A DNA stretch of 63,860 bases, filler included, from Reclinomonas americana ATCC 50394 (GCA_048213135.1; 7 parts of 3 records of this genome joined end to end with filler, not necessarily neighbours in it), one strand, 5' to 3'; counted from the whole stretch's first letter, positions 13,063 through 25,589 are shown. The notes: generated by a model not told the origin, from the sequence alone. Program-made: numbers and translations.

Positions 13063-14449
13063 CTACTTGCGGCACTTGCCTTCCAGCTTACGAGCCAGCT
13101 GCTTGGCCTGCTTGACCAACTTCTTGTCCTTGCCGGCGACGCGCTTGTTCTTGATGGTCTGTGCATCGCGGGCGGCCTTCCTTGCCTGCGGCACATTCAC
13201 AGGATGTGAGAGGGAGAAGTGGGGATAGAGAGGAAAGACACAAACGCAACCTTCTCAATCGCCTTCTTGGCATCCTTCAGCGCCTTTTGCACGTTTTCCG
13301 TGGCTTTCTTCAGCGCGCTCTTTGCCTGCTTGGCCTCCTGTGTTGATGTTGCTGTCGAGGTGAGTGGTGGAGACGGAGAGGTGGGGGGAAAGAGGCGCAC
13401 ATCACTCACCTTCTTGACCACAATGACGCGCCTCTTGGCAGGGGTCAGTCGCCTGCCCGGCACGGTGCACTGATCGGCGTGCAACTTCTTCAGGCCGCTA
13501 ATGTACGTCTTGAGAAGGCCGCATTGGCCCTTCTGGATGGCCGTCTGCTTCTTCGCCGCCTTCTTCGCGATCTTCTTCAACGCCTTCTTCGCCGCCTTCT
13601 TCGCCGCCTTCTTGTTGTTCTTGCTGCGTTCGCGCACTGCCGGGAAGCTCTCCTCTTCCTCTTCCTCTTCCTCTTCGTCCATCTCCTCCACCTCCAGGTC
13701 GGCATGCACCACACCCGAGTCGAACATCATGTCCTCCTCCTCGTCCATGTCGGTGGTCTCCTCGAGCTCGTCTTGCTGCTGCTGCTCCTCATCCTCTGCT
13801 TCGTCTTCTTCGGTCTCTGTCTCCTCGACGGCGGCCTCGAAAACCATCTCTCCCTCCTCTGCCTGCTCGTTGACCTCTGCTGTTACGTCGGTAACAGGCA
13901 GATTCGTCGCCTCAGTCGCCAGGTGCACTGCATGTAGGCAAGAGAGACAACGATGAGCAGAAGACGGGAAGTGGTAGGAGACGAGAAAGTGAATCTCACC
14001 GGGGACCGTTTCGACTGCCGTCTCTGCACACATCGTAAACATGTGAGAAACAACCGCTGCATAAACATGTTGAGGCAACGAAAACGGCATCTCACCGGCT
14101 GTGGTGGTATCTGCTCCACACGACCAAAACATACAAACCACGATGAGTGCACAAAAAGAAGAATGTCGTGACGTTGCAATGAAACACACCTGCTGTGGTC
14201 TCGCTCACAGCCTCAGCCTCCACCGCAGTCGCGGCGTTGCTTGCCACTGTGTCGTGGTGCGAGAGGACGAGGAAGTGAGTCACAAAAGAGATCATCTTGT
14301 GTGATTATGTGTACGTGTTTGTGTGTGTGTGAAAACGCACTGCACTCGGCGGTGGTGCACTTTGCCATGTCCACTTGTGCATGTGCTACGCCAGCCAGCA
14401 ACAACACAGTGGCGACAAGAACAGTGAATAAGGCGACGATGAGCTTCAT
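13063..14449 (-). CDS. Secreted protein: signal peptide, Glu-rich region, Lys/Ala-rich C-terminal helix with conserved Cys (paralog A)
   Basis: MKLIVALFTVLVATVLLLAGVAHAQ signal peptide; EETETEEDEAEDEE acidic tract; KKAAKKAAKKALKK; QCGLLKTYISGLKKLHADQC; last exon ARKAARDAQTIKNK...LEGKCRK*. Confidence 0.7.
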
Positions 14450-14857
14450 GAAACTTGCTCTCTCTGCACAAACGAATACGAAGTAACGGACACAGCTGGC
14501 GGGAAAATGGGGGTTTCCTTGCATGAGGAAAGATGTACATGTACACTCGCTCGAATGCAAGCACGGAGGAGTGGGCAGGGTGAGCCATCTCACGCAGAAC
14601 TTGGTCATCAAGACAGCTGTTGCTTGTTTGTTGGTGAATGAATTGCTGTTGTTCTCGATCTCGAATGTGCTTTTTGGAACCATGGCCAGATCCGAAACGT
14701 TGGTTTTTGGCCACTTTGCATCTCTACGTACACCACCTTCTGAGACAACAGTATCGTGGCACATTTTTCTGATGTACGACTGATTTTTCATTCATGTCAA
14801 GGCGGCCCTTGTGGGGCACGCCGTTGCATTTCTCGGCTGCGACGCATGAGTCCACGC

Positions 14858-17800
14858 TCACTTGCGGCGCGGCTTGTTGTCGCACTTGCCGGTCAGCTGA
14901 CGGATGAGCTTCTTCGCCTGCTTGATCTCCTTCTTCTCCTTCTTCGCCAGCTTCTTGTTGTGGATGGCCTTGGCGTCGTGAGCCGCCTTCTTCGCCTGCA
15001 AGAGATGACGAACTGGTGGTGAGCAGACGACGCGGATCGTGATGACATGCAGACAACACAGTTCGTACCTTCTCCAGAGCCTTCTTGGCCTGCTTGATGG
15101 CCTTCTTCACCTCCTTGTTTGCCGTCTTCAGCGCCTTCTTGGTGGCCGCAGTCTCCTGCGCACAGATGGCAGTGGTGAGTGAAAGGAACAGCAGGCGTGC
15201 CAACTGGCTTGTACAAACAACAAACCTTGCGGACAATGGTCGGCGTTGGGATGATGCAGGTGTTCTTCCACTTCTTCTCCAGGTTGGCGATCTGGATCTT
15301 GAGGGCGTTGCACTGCGGAGTGTGCTTCACCTTAGGCGGGATCGGCTTGGGGTGGTGGTGGGAGTGGTGGTGAGGCTTCGGCGCCGGCTTCGGGTGCGGC
15401 TTCGGGTGCGGCTTGGGGTGGGGCTTCGGGTGCGGCGTCGGCTTGGGGTGGTGGTGAGGCTTCGGCGCCGGCTTGGGGTGCGGCTTCGGGTGCGGCTTCG
15501 GGTGCGGCGTCGGCTTGGGGTGCGGGTGGTGGTGGGAGTGGTGAGGCTTCGGCGTCGGCTTCGGGTGCGGCTTCGGATGCGGCTTCGGATGCGGCTTCGG
15601 GTGCGGCTTCGCGATCGGCTTGGGGTGGTGAGAGTGGGAGTGGTGGGGCTTCCGCGCCGGCTTGGGGTGCGGCTTCGGGTGGTGGCGAGGCTTGCCCAGC
15701 GGCTTGCGGTGGTGGTGCCTGTGGCCATGCTTGTGGCCGTGACGGCGACCGTGGCCGTGCTTCTTGTGGCCATGCTTCTTGTGGCCATGGCCGTGACGAC
15801 GGCCGCGGCCGTGGCGGCGTCCGTGGCGGCGGTGGCGACGGCCGCGGCTGTGCTTGCCCTTGCTGCCCTTCTTGCCCTTGCTGCCCTTCTTCTTCTTGCC
15901 GTGCTCGACGAAGTCCTCGTCCTCCTCGTCTTCGTCATCCTCCTCCTCCTCTTCCTCCTCCTCGGCAAGGGTCTCGTCCTCCTCGTCTTCATCCTCATCT
16001 TCCTCCTCCTCGTCGTCGGCGAACGCCTCGAGATCGGCCTCCTCAGAGTCCTCCTCCTCCTCCTCGACAAGGAGCAGGCTGCCCTCCTCCTCCTCCTCCG
16101 TCTCATCGTCCTCGTCGATATCGTCCTCCTCGTCTTCAGCCTCGGCGAACGTCTCCTCCTCGTCCTCCTCCTCCTCCTCATCCTCCTCCTCCTCAANNNN
16201 NNNNNNNNNNNNNNNNNNNNNNNNNNNNNNNNNNNNNNNNTTAATTAATTAANNNNNNNNNNNNNNNNNNNNNNNNNNNNNNNNNNNNNNNNNNNNGCTG
16301 AGGCGCCTGCTGCGCCGAGCAACGACCCGGACGAGTTCCTCTTCGACGACGCCGCCGAGACTGCCGCTGCTGAGGATCAGGACCTCGAGCTGGCGGAGGA
16401 AGAGGAGACGGAGGAGGCCGAGGTGGAGGAGTCCATGATTGAGGAGGAGGACGAGGCCGAGGAGGAGGAGGCCATGGTCGAGGAGGAGGAAGAGGCCGAG
16501 GAGGAAGAGGAGGCCGAGGAGGAGGCCATGATTGAGGTTGAGGCCGAGGAGGAGGAGGAGGAGGCCGAGGAGGAAGAGGCCTTGANNNNNNNNNNNNNNN
16601 NNNNNNNNNNNNNNNNNNNNNNNNNNNNNNNNNNNNNNNNNNNNNNNNNNNNNNNNNNNNNNNNNNNNNNNNNNNNNNNNNNNNNNNNNNNNNNNNNNNN
16701 NNNNNNNNNNNNNNNNNNNNNNNNNNNNNNNNNNNNNNNNNNNNNNNNNNNNNNNNNNNNNNNNNNNNNNNNNNNNNNNNNNNNNNNNNNNNNNNNNNNN
16801 NNNNNNNNNNNNNNNNNNNNNNNNNNNNNNNNNNNNNNNNNNNNNNNNNNNNNNNNNNNNNNNNNNNNNNNNNNNNNNNNNNNNNNNNNNNNNNNNNNNN
16901 NNNNNNNNNNNNNNNNNNNNNNNNNNNNNNNNNNNNNNNNNNNNNNNNNNNNNNNNNNNNNNNNNNNNNNNNNNNNNNNNNNNNNNNNNNNNNNNNNNNN
17001 NNNNNNNNNNNNNNNNNNNNNNNNNNNNNNNNNNNNNNNNNNNNNNNNNNNNNNNNNNNNNNNNNNNNNNNNNNNNNNNNNNNNNNNNNNNNNNNNNNNN
17101 NNNNNNNNNNNNNNNNNNNNNNNNNNNNNNNNNNNNNNNNNNNNNNNNNNNNNNNNNNNNNNNNNNNNNNNNNNNNNNNNNNNNNNNNNNNNNNNNNNNN
17201 NNNNNNNNNNNNNNNNNNNNNNNNNNNNNNNNNNNNNNNNNNNNNNNNNNNNNNNNNNNNNNNNNNNNNNNNNNNNNNNNNNNNNNNNNNNNNNNNNNNN
17301 NNNNNNNNNNNNNNNNNNNNNNNNNNNNNNNNNNNNNNNNNNNNNNNNNNNNNNNNNNNNNNNNNNNNNNNNNNNNNNNNNNNNNNNNNNNNNNNNNNNN
17401 NNNNNNNNNNNNNNNNNNNNNNNNNNNNNNNNNNNNNNNNNNNNNNNNNNNNNNNNNNNNNNNNNNNNNNNNNNNNNNNNNNNNNNNNNNNNNNNNNNNN
17501 NNNNNNNNNNNNNNNNNNNNNNNNNNNNNNNNNNNNNNNNNNNNNNNNNNNNNNNNNNNNNNNNNTGGCGCAGCAGGCGCTGCCGGCTCCATTGCCGATG
17601 CGGCCGGCGGCGCTGGCGGCGCTGGCGGCATGTGCAAGGCTCGGCGGCCACCATGCTTGTGGTTGCGGAGTGCCTCGACCAGCTGCTCCTCCATGTCTGC
17701 ATAGAGCACGGTGAGAAACCAAATGTTGACGACGACGACGACAAGGCAATGAAAATGAATGCGCACTGTCTTCCTCCTCCATCATTTCAGCACCCTCGGC

Positions 17801-18079
17801 CACCTCTGCATCGACAGGGAAGGGTGAGCGCGAAAACATGGACCCAAAAACCGTTACAACAAGAGCTCACCGAATGCCTCGGTGGACTGAGCGGTCTCCA
17901 GGTCGGCCAGAGCACCTGTTCAGCGGGGAGACAGGGAGTGTGAGGCGCACATGAAGGAAAGCGCGCGCGAAAGCGAAAGTGAGAGATAGCAACGCACCTT
18001 GCTCTTCGTAGCCCATCGCCAGAACGGCGAAGACGGCCACCGCCAGCAGCGCCAGCAGCAGCGTCAGTGAAAGCTTCAT
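14858..18079 (-). CDS. Secreted protein: signal peptide, Glu/Asp-rich region, His/Arg/Lys-rich and HPKP-repeat region, Lys-rich C-terminal helix (paralog B)
   Basis: [23 protein letters not shown] signal peptide; long acidic tract; [13 protein letters not shown]; (HPKP)n; [20 protein letters not shown]; last exons parallel paralog A ([38 protein letters not shown]...[12 protein letters not shown]). Interrupted by gaps and an inverted contig. Confidence 0.7.
16241..16252. other. Artificial contig-join linker TTAATTAATTAA (also at 23658, 35107, 52193, 60136, 62458)
   Basis: Identical 12-mer with stops in all six frames, always flanked by about 44 N on each side. Confidence 0.97.
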
Positions 18080-18420
18080 GTCTTTCACAGCAACTGTTTC
18101 AGATCAACAGCGAGAGAAAAGAACAGAACTGGGGGTTGCGGGGGAGGTTGTGCGCTCTCCACGGCCACAAAGAAAAAAGTTGTCACGATTGAAACGGCTT
18201 TGTTTGGCGCCCAACAATGCGTTTCTTGGCGCGAAAAGTAGAATATGCAGTATACACTACGATGACGTCGATAGGTGTGCATTCGCGAGGCGGAGTTGCT
18301 ACAGACCTCGCTAGTGCACTGCTCCTCGTGTGCTGCGCGGTGGCGCGCAGCACTGTGCACAAGTCGACACGAACGGATCGTAACGGAACAATTTGGCGCC
18401 CAAGTCTACATTTTTTCACA

Positions 18421-20137
18421 ATGCACTCTCGTGGCGCGCCACTCCTGTTGCTTGTATTTGTGCTCTCACTGGTACACTCGGCGGTGAGTCTCCGCATCGC
18501 GCTCGCGCAGGTGCACTCCACCACACTGCGTCCCAACGTGGCCGCGCGTCTCCAACAGCTCGATCAGCTCGCCGCAACGTTCCGTGTCATGATCATGCTG
18601 CGGCCGCAGCTGCATCACTCCGACTGATCTTTGGGTTTCCCGCCACAGTGCAACGGCTTCTGGTGCCGAACTGCTGGTGCTTCCCGAGCTCTTTCTCACA
18701 GGATACACGCCCGAGGCGCTGCCGTTCGCCGAGGAGGCCGATGGCGCGTCGTTCCAGGAGGCTTCGCGGATCGCCGCCCATCGCAACGTGTCGATCGTGT
18801 ACACGTTCCCCGAGCTCGTCTTCAACAATGTCACCGGCAAGCGTGAGTACTACGATGCGGCGTCGTTTATCAACCAGCGCGGAGTGCGACTCGGGCACTA
18901 TCGGAAGGTTTCGTGCATGCGCTGACGGAGAAGGGTTTCTCCGTGCGCGCAGCGAAACTCAAGAGTATCGCAGGTGAACTTGGCCGCTGGCGAGGACGTG
19001 TTCTTCCAGCGTGGTGACTCGTTCGGGCCCGTGATTGAGTGGCGCGGCATTCGGGTGGGCATGCTCATTTGCTTCGATGTTTTCCTCGTGGAACCGGTGA
19101 GCGGTGAGAAGCTATGTGCGTATGAGTGCGTGCTGAAAAAGGTGGTGGAGCAGAGCCGCATTCTCGCGCTGCAGGGCGCGCAGCTCATTCTCATTCCCAC
19201 GGCCAATGGGTACCCGGCCGACAACAATGTGCTGTCGGAGGTGATCTCGCGGTCGAGGGCCATTGAGAATGGAGTGGCGCTGGCCTATGGTGCGCGGATG
19301 GGGAGAAGGGATAAAAGGGGGGGAGGGGGAGGGAGGGAGAGGGAGGGAGGGAGAGGAGAAGAGAGGAAAGGGGTAAAGACTGAGTGAGCTGGTGAGGGGA
19401 AGACGTGGCTGCTTGGTGAGGGTGACAGCAACGAGATGACAAGAGGAGACAACGCTCTAAGTGTGAGAGAAGACAATGAGATGGCACCACTTTTCGAGCA
19501 TGAAAGCAGTACAGAGAGAGGAGGAGAGACTGAGATGCGGACAGCGGTGAGGCAGTGAGAGGAAGCGATGGCTTGTCTGTGTTGAAGTATGAAGCAGCGC
19601 GGTGATTCACAATGGATAGAAGAGGAGGGTTGCAATCGAGAGTGAGTTGGAAAGGCTGAGACGAGGTCTGTGAAGATATGTGGCTGCTTGGTGAGCATGA
19701 GAACAGCGCAGTGGTTGTATTGAGAGGAGACAGCCGAGGGGAGAGAGTGAGAGGAAACATCGGCGAGGCAGCGAGGGAAAGAGGTGTGTACTCGCCGAGT
19801 AAGAGTGCGAGCAGCGCAGCAGGACTGAGTGAAAGGTGTTGGGGAGACAGAGAGCAGAGGATGCAGCGGAAGCGTGTTGGATCTCACCCCCTTTCCCCTT
19901 TCCCTCCCTCCCCCTTCTGTCGCAGTCAACTGGGTGCAAGACGGCCCCGACATTCCCGCCATCTTCCAAATGCACGGCCGTTCCGTTCTTATCGGCACCG
20001 ACGACGGCAAGATTGTGGTGGAGGGCACCGGCACCGACGAGCAGCTGCTGATTGGTGATCTTGTGGAGCCACTGCACGGCCCGTACGTGCCGCAGCGCTT
20101 CCCCGCCGACATTGGTGGCGGTCTGTGCACCCTCTAG
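18421..20137 (+). CDS. Carbon-nitrogen hydrolase (nitrilase superfamily amidase) with N-terminal signal peptide
   Basis: LRIALAQ, LLVLPELFLTGY (catalytic Glu), LGHYRK (Lys), VGMLICFDVFLVEP (Cys), RILALQGAQLILIPTA, SRAIENGVALAY|VNW. Hydrophobic leader LLLLVFVLSLVHSAVS. Confidence 0.88.
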
Positions 20138-20197
20138 ATCTGACACGGAGGAGAGTTTGTTCCACAACCACCTTTATCACGGCATCAACACACACAC

Positions 20198-21464
20198 TCA
20201 GTCATCATCCTCCACCATCATCTCCTCGTCGTCGCCTCCTCCTCCTCTCCGTTTTTTCCGCCCGCCACTCTTGCTTGCCGCCGCCTCCGCCGCCGCCGCC
20301 TCGGCTACTCTCCTCTGCTCGATCTCGTCGAGTCTCCGTCGCTGCTTGGCCAGCCGGTAATTCTCCACCACCTTGGTGCGCGTCAACTCGCGCTGCCGAT
20401 CCTGCAATCGCTGCAAGCGCAACGCCTCCAGCTGCGCATCGGAGAGCGACTCGAGCTGCGACGACAGCGGCTGCCCCTGACGCCGCTTCGCCGTCAGCTT
20501 CTCCTTGAGCTTGCGCAGATCCGGCGGCGCCTCGGCCTGCAGGCCAAACTTGACCGGCTGCGCCTTCGGGAACTCCTCCACGCGCGGCTTCCCGTCGGCA
20601 TGCATCTTCAAGTCCGCCCGCCGCCCCGACTGATCCGTGCCCTCCAGCTTGCCTCGCTGCAACACGGAAAACAATGAACACACACAAGGCGATACTGATT
20701 AAGAGTGCTCTCTCGCTCACCTTGCGTGGCGGTCGACCATCCTCGCCCTCCTCGCCACTGTAGTAGCCATCCTCATCATCATCATCGCTGCTGCTGCCGA
20801 CATACTCGCCGCGCGCCCGCTTCTTCTTCATCTTCAACTTGAGCTTGCGCTGCCGCAGAAACAGCTTGCGCTTCTCCGAGATCTTCGACTCGACGCGGAA
20901 CCCATCACGCAGCTCCGCATCCGTGGCCTTCTTCAACCGCCGCGAGAACTGCACAAACGACTCGCCCTCCGCCTGCCGCAGCTGACTCAGCGCCGTCCGC
21001 ACACGCTCCCCGCTCGCCTTGACCTCGGCCAGCTGCCGCCGACTGTCCACCGGCGTCAACGGCTCAATCCGGTTCCGCTTGCTCTTCTTCTTGCTTGTCG
21101 GCTCCGCACTGGCCTTCTCCTCGCGCTGCTTCTTGCTCAACTCTGCGTATCGATTCGTGGTCGACGGAGCAATCGCCTTCCTCTCCGGCTTCTTCGGGTG
21201 CGGGACATTGCTTCCGTGTATGAATGGCATCAGACGGAGCAGCTTTCGTGGCACGTGCGACTCATACGACGCGTCCAGTGGCTGATTGTACTTGGCGGCC
21301 TCGACGGGGTTGTCGCCGTGGCGACGCAGTGAGGGAACCGGCTTGAGCTGCTTCTTGCCGCCGCGACGGCCGCCCGGCACCTTTTCCTTTTTGTTTTTTG
21401 GTGGCCTGTGTGTGCGAGTCAGTGAGCAGACTGATGACGAGGAATGCTTTCTTTTGGCTCACAT
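20198..21464 (-). CDS. CCDC137/DUF4602-like basic nucleolar coiled-coil protein
   Basis: VPRKLLRLM, GESFVQFSRRL, PVKFGLQAEAPPDL, RELTRTKVVENYRLAK resemble conserved CCDC137-family blocks; highly Lys/Arg-rich. The start codon is probably split by an intron. Confidence 0.65.
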
Positions 21465-21530
21465 TCTGGTCGGCGTTGTGTTGGTCGACTGGCGAATCGA
21501 TTATCGTGACTCTCTTTTTGCGCACACAGA

Positions 21531-23095
21531 ATGGACGGCATTATCTTTGGCAGTTGCGTGTGCATCTCTCTCTCCTTGTGTGCTGTGCGTTGGGGCGCGC
21601 GTGTGTGGTGTGTTGGACATGTGCACATTCACACATCACGAGCGCGCTTACACTTTGTGTTTTTTGTTTGTGTGTGCAGTTGAGAACCCGCTGCTTGACA
21701 TTAGTGCGAATGTGGGCGAGGAGTTGTTGGTGAAGTATGAGCTGTTGCCGGGAAATGCGATTCTGGCGGAGCCGAAGCATTTGCCATTGTTGCGGAGAGA
21801 GGAGAGAGGNNNNNNNNNNNNNNNNNNNNNNNNNNNNNNNNNNNNNNNNNNNNNNNNNNNNNNNNNNNNNNNNNNNNNNNNNNNNNNNNNNNNNNNNNNN
21901 NNNNNNNNNNNNNNNNNNNNNNNNNNNNNNNNNNNNNNNNNNNNNNNNNNNNNNNNNNNNNNNNNNNNNNNNNNNNNNNNNNNNNNNNNNNNNNNNNNNN
22001 NNNNNNNNNNNNNNNNNNNNNNNNNNNNNNNNNNNNNNNNNNNNNNNNNNNNNNNNNNNNNNNNNNNNNNNNNNNNNNNNNNNNNNNNNNNNNNNNNNNN
22101 NNNNNNNNNNNNNNNNNNNNNNNNNNNNNNNNNNNNNNNNNNNNNNNNNNNNNNNNNNNNNNNNNNNNNNNNNNNNNNNNNNNNNNNNNNNNNNNNNNNN
22201 NNNNNNNNNNNNNNNNNNNNNNNNNNNNNNNNNNNNNNNNNNNNNNNNNNNNNNNNNNNNNNNNNNNNNNNNNNNNNNNNNNNNNNNNNNNNNNNNNNNN
22301 NNNNNNNNNNNNNNNNNNNNNNNNNNNNNNNNNNNNNNNNNNNNNNNNNNNNNNNNNNNNNNNNNNNNNNNNNNNNNNNNNNNNNNNNNNNNNNNNNNNN
22401 NNNNNNNNNNNNNNNNNNNNNNNNNNNNNNNNNNNNNNNNNNNNNNNNNNNNNNNNNNNNNNNNNNNNNNNNNNNNNNNNNNNNNNNNNNNNNNNNNNNN
22501 NNNNNNNNNNNNNNNNNNNNNNNNNNNNNNNNNNNNNNNNNNNNNNNNNNNNNNNNNNNNNNNNNNNNNNNNNNNNNNNNNNNNNNNNNNNNNNNNNNNN
22601 NNNNNNNNNNNNNNNNNNNNNNNNNNNNNNNNNNNNNNNNNNNNNNNNNNNNNNNNNNNNNNNNNNNNNNNNNNNNNNNNNNNNNNNNNNNNNNNNNNNN
22701 NNNNNNNNNNNNNGGGCAAGGGAGAGAGAGAGGAGAGGGAGAAGGGAGGGGGAGGGAGAGAAAGCATCATGGTACAACTCATGTTTTGCATGCTCACACG
22801 GAACAACTCATCTCTCACTCTCACTACACGTAAGAGAGAGAGAGAGAGCACAGGGGCAGATGAAAGTCACAGAATACAACTGAAAGGCACACCTTCTTCC
22901 TCTTCTTCCTCCTCTTCGTCGTACTCGCATCTTGGTCCCTCGCCTACTCGTCTCTTGACACGCATTCTGGTCACGTTGAGTGTCGCTGCTGTGCTGCTCA
23001 CTGCTCTCGCCGCCGATCAGAAAGGAGATGGAGAGATGAAGAAACAAGCATCATGCTAGCCACTGTTCAACTCTTCTTGCACACACGCACGCACG

Positions 23096-23133
<38 letters not shown>

Positions 23134-23613
23134 TATGCACAACAGGGGGCAGATGAATGCAACTGAAAGGAGATGGAGAGAAACAAGCATCATGCTGACA
23201 CAGTACAACTCTCTCACTTTCTTGACTTCTGCTTTTAGGTACGCCGAGATGGAGACCTCGTACAAGGTCGACTACATTGCCGGTGGAGCGACGCAGAACT
23301 CGATTCGCGCCGCCAAGTGGATGCTGCAGGAGGCCGGTCGCTGCGCCTTTGTCGGCTGCGTCGGTCGCGACGAGCACGGCAAGTACTTGCGCGAGGCGGC
23401 CGAGAAGGACGGCGTGGAGGTGCATTATCTGGAGGATGCGGAGGCTCCCACGGGCACGTGTGCGGTGCTGGTGGTGGGCAAGGAGCGCTCGTTGGTGGCC
23501 AATCTGGGTGCGGCCAACTGCTACAAATACGAGCATGTGGAGACAGCGGAGATTCAGGCGTTGCTGGCGGAGACGTCGGTGGCGTACTCGTCGGGTTTCT
23601 TCCTCACGGTGTC
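21531..23613 (+). CDS. ADK: Adenosine kinase (PfkB family), 5' part; remainder in gap
   Basis: MDGIIFG|IENPLLDISA...NAILAEPKHLPL|YAEM...YIAGGATQNSIR...FVGCVGRDEHG...PTGTCAVLVVGKERSLVANLGAAN...YSSGFFLTV. Confidence 0.93.
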
Positions 23614-23713
23614 NNNNNNNNNNNNNNNNNNNNNNNNNNNNNNNNNNNNNNNNNNNNTTAATTAATTAANNNNNNNNNNNNNNNNNNNNNNNNNNNNNNN
23701 NNNNNNNNNNNNN

Positions 23714-24152
23714 GGAGCGGTGTGTCTGTGCGCGTGGAGCAGTGAGGTGGCGGTGGGCGCGCGTGGGGCGTTGAGTGTGCGGCGTGCGGTGACGGGTGAG
23801 GTGGTGTCGCGTGTGGCGGTGAGTTGTGATGTGTTGGCGGTGGCGGCTTCCGGGACGGTGGTGGTGACGGGATGTGGGGATGCGGCGGTGCGAGTGTGGG
23901 AGTTTGGCGAGGAGCAGCAGTTGCGCGAGGTGCATGTGATGCGGGGGCATGCGAGTGAGGTGCGTGCGGTGGCGGTGTCGGCGGATGGCATGACGGCGGT
24001 GAGCGGCGGCGATGACAAGTCGATTCGGCTGTGGGCGACGGCGAGTGGCTTGCAGCTGCGCTGCTTGAATGGGCACGAGCGAGTGGTCATGGCGGTGGCG
24101 TTTCTCGCGCAGCCCGGCTACACTGGGTGTGTGCTGGTGTCGGCGTCGAAGG
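23714..24152 (+). CDS. WD40-repeat protein exon (probably an inverted contig belonging to the minus-strand gene at 24452-24880)
   Basis: VVTGCGDAAVRVWE, RGHASEVRAVAVSADGMTAVSGGDDKSIRLW, NGHERVVMAVAF. Confidence 0.8.
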
Positions 24153-24451
24153 GTGAGTGATGAGGGGTGAAGGGGAGGGGATAGAAGGAGAAGGGGAGGG
24201 AGATGCGCGTGACCAAGGGCTCCGGGGGTCGATGTTGTTCTCGGACGAGTGATGTCTTGCANNNNNNNNNNNNNNNNNNNNNNNNNNNNNNNNNNNNNNN
24301 NNNNNNNNNNNNNNNNNNNNNNNNNNNNNNNNNNNNNNNNNNNNNNNNNNNNNNNNNNNNNNNNNNNNNNNNNNNNNNNNNNNNNNNNNNNNNNNNNNNN
24401 NNNNNNNNNNNNNNNNNNNNNNNNNNNNNNNNNNNNNNNNNNNNNNNNNNN

Positions 24452-24880
24452 GCCGCTCTCCTCCTGGCGCCACGCTACACGCGCCTCTGCGCCCTCCAAC
24501 GGCATCCACACCGCACACACCGCGCCCGTGGACAGCACACAGTACACCGAGAAGCCTCCGGCGTGCGACTGCGACCAAAGTGTCGCCAGCGCGACAGCAT
24601 ACTCATCGTCGCCATCAAACGGACGGAATGCCTGCGCCGAGCCACGCGCGCTTCCATCGGTGACGAGAGAGCGGCCAGTGGCGGCGGCGACAGTGGAGGC
24701 CGAGTGTGACTGTGTGAGTGTGGACGACTGTGTGGCCGTCATGACGAGTGCGCCGTTGCGGAGGGCGGCGACGACGTGGTGTGGAGGGTGTGTGCACACG
24801 GAGAAGACGATGCTGGTGTGCGCAGAGGGCGCGAGGCATTGTGAGGGTGTGGATGAGGAGGATGATGAGGAGTTTCCCAT
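24452..24880 (-). CDS. N-terminal exon of a probable WD40/beta-propeller protein with MGNSSS N-myristoylation-like start
   Basis: MGNSSSSSSS start; AHTSIVFSVCTHPPHHVVAALRNGALV resembles a degenerate WD blade; runs into a gap. Confidence 0.55.
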
Positions 24881-25589
24881 TTGTGCTCCACGACCAAAGT
24901 CAAATCGAATAGTGTGTCTGAGTCGATGGAATCATCGATGTCGTTCATTGACTTAAACCCGCGCAGTACTGTGACGACACATGCACCAGGAGAGAGTGTA
25001 TGGAGAGGGTAAATAGAGGAGTGTGAGAAGTTTGATCAAGATTCGTTCGCACATGTGGGTGACAGAGAGTGAGAGAGTCGCGCGCGCATGAGCACATACA
25101 CACACACACGTGCGTGGTGTGCGGCTCGAGCGCGCGACGCAATGTGCGCACAACAACAATCAGACATGGCGCGTTGGTGCACGGGGGAAATGACGCACAC
25201 AAAAACAAAGACACACACACAACGCGCGCGCAGAGAAGAGAGAAGAGAGAAAAGAGGAGAAGAGACCGCAAAACAACAAGAGCAATAGACATGTGGAGGG
25301 AGAAACAGAGAGAGAGAGTGACAGCAACATTATCATCATGTGCTTGCCGATGCAGAGGCGACTCCAGAGTCGGGGACTTGAGTCATGGTTTGCGGGGCGG
25401 TCGGCGCCACGCACAGAGTGACCACCTCCACTACCTCCACTTGACCGGGGGGAACCTCACGAAGACCGCTAACGCCACTGCCCATCGCGCTTTGATTGAA
25501 TATGTGTGTAAGGGGACAGACGGTCGATCAGCGATCCATTGTGGATTCTGCCGAATTGTTCGTGCTGGCCGGACGGCTTCGGCGAGGTG

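Noticed and set aside
15085-16248. Long Arg/Leu/Val-rich ORFs on the plus strand and an alternate minus frame (protamine-like)
   Set aside because: Shadow frames of the repetitive HPKP/acidic coding sequence of paralog B.
16297-16585. Plus-strand Glu-rich ORF nested antisense inside paralog B
   Set aside because: Its sequence ([14 protein letters not shown]...EEE) bridges the flanking minus-strand exons; a mis-oriented contig next to a linker is the simplest explanation.
23714-24261. WD40 exon opposite in strand to the adjacent MGNSSS exon, or an apparent ADK-WD40 fusion
   Set aside because: Bounded by a linker and a gap; orientation and adjacency are unreliable.
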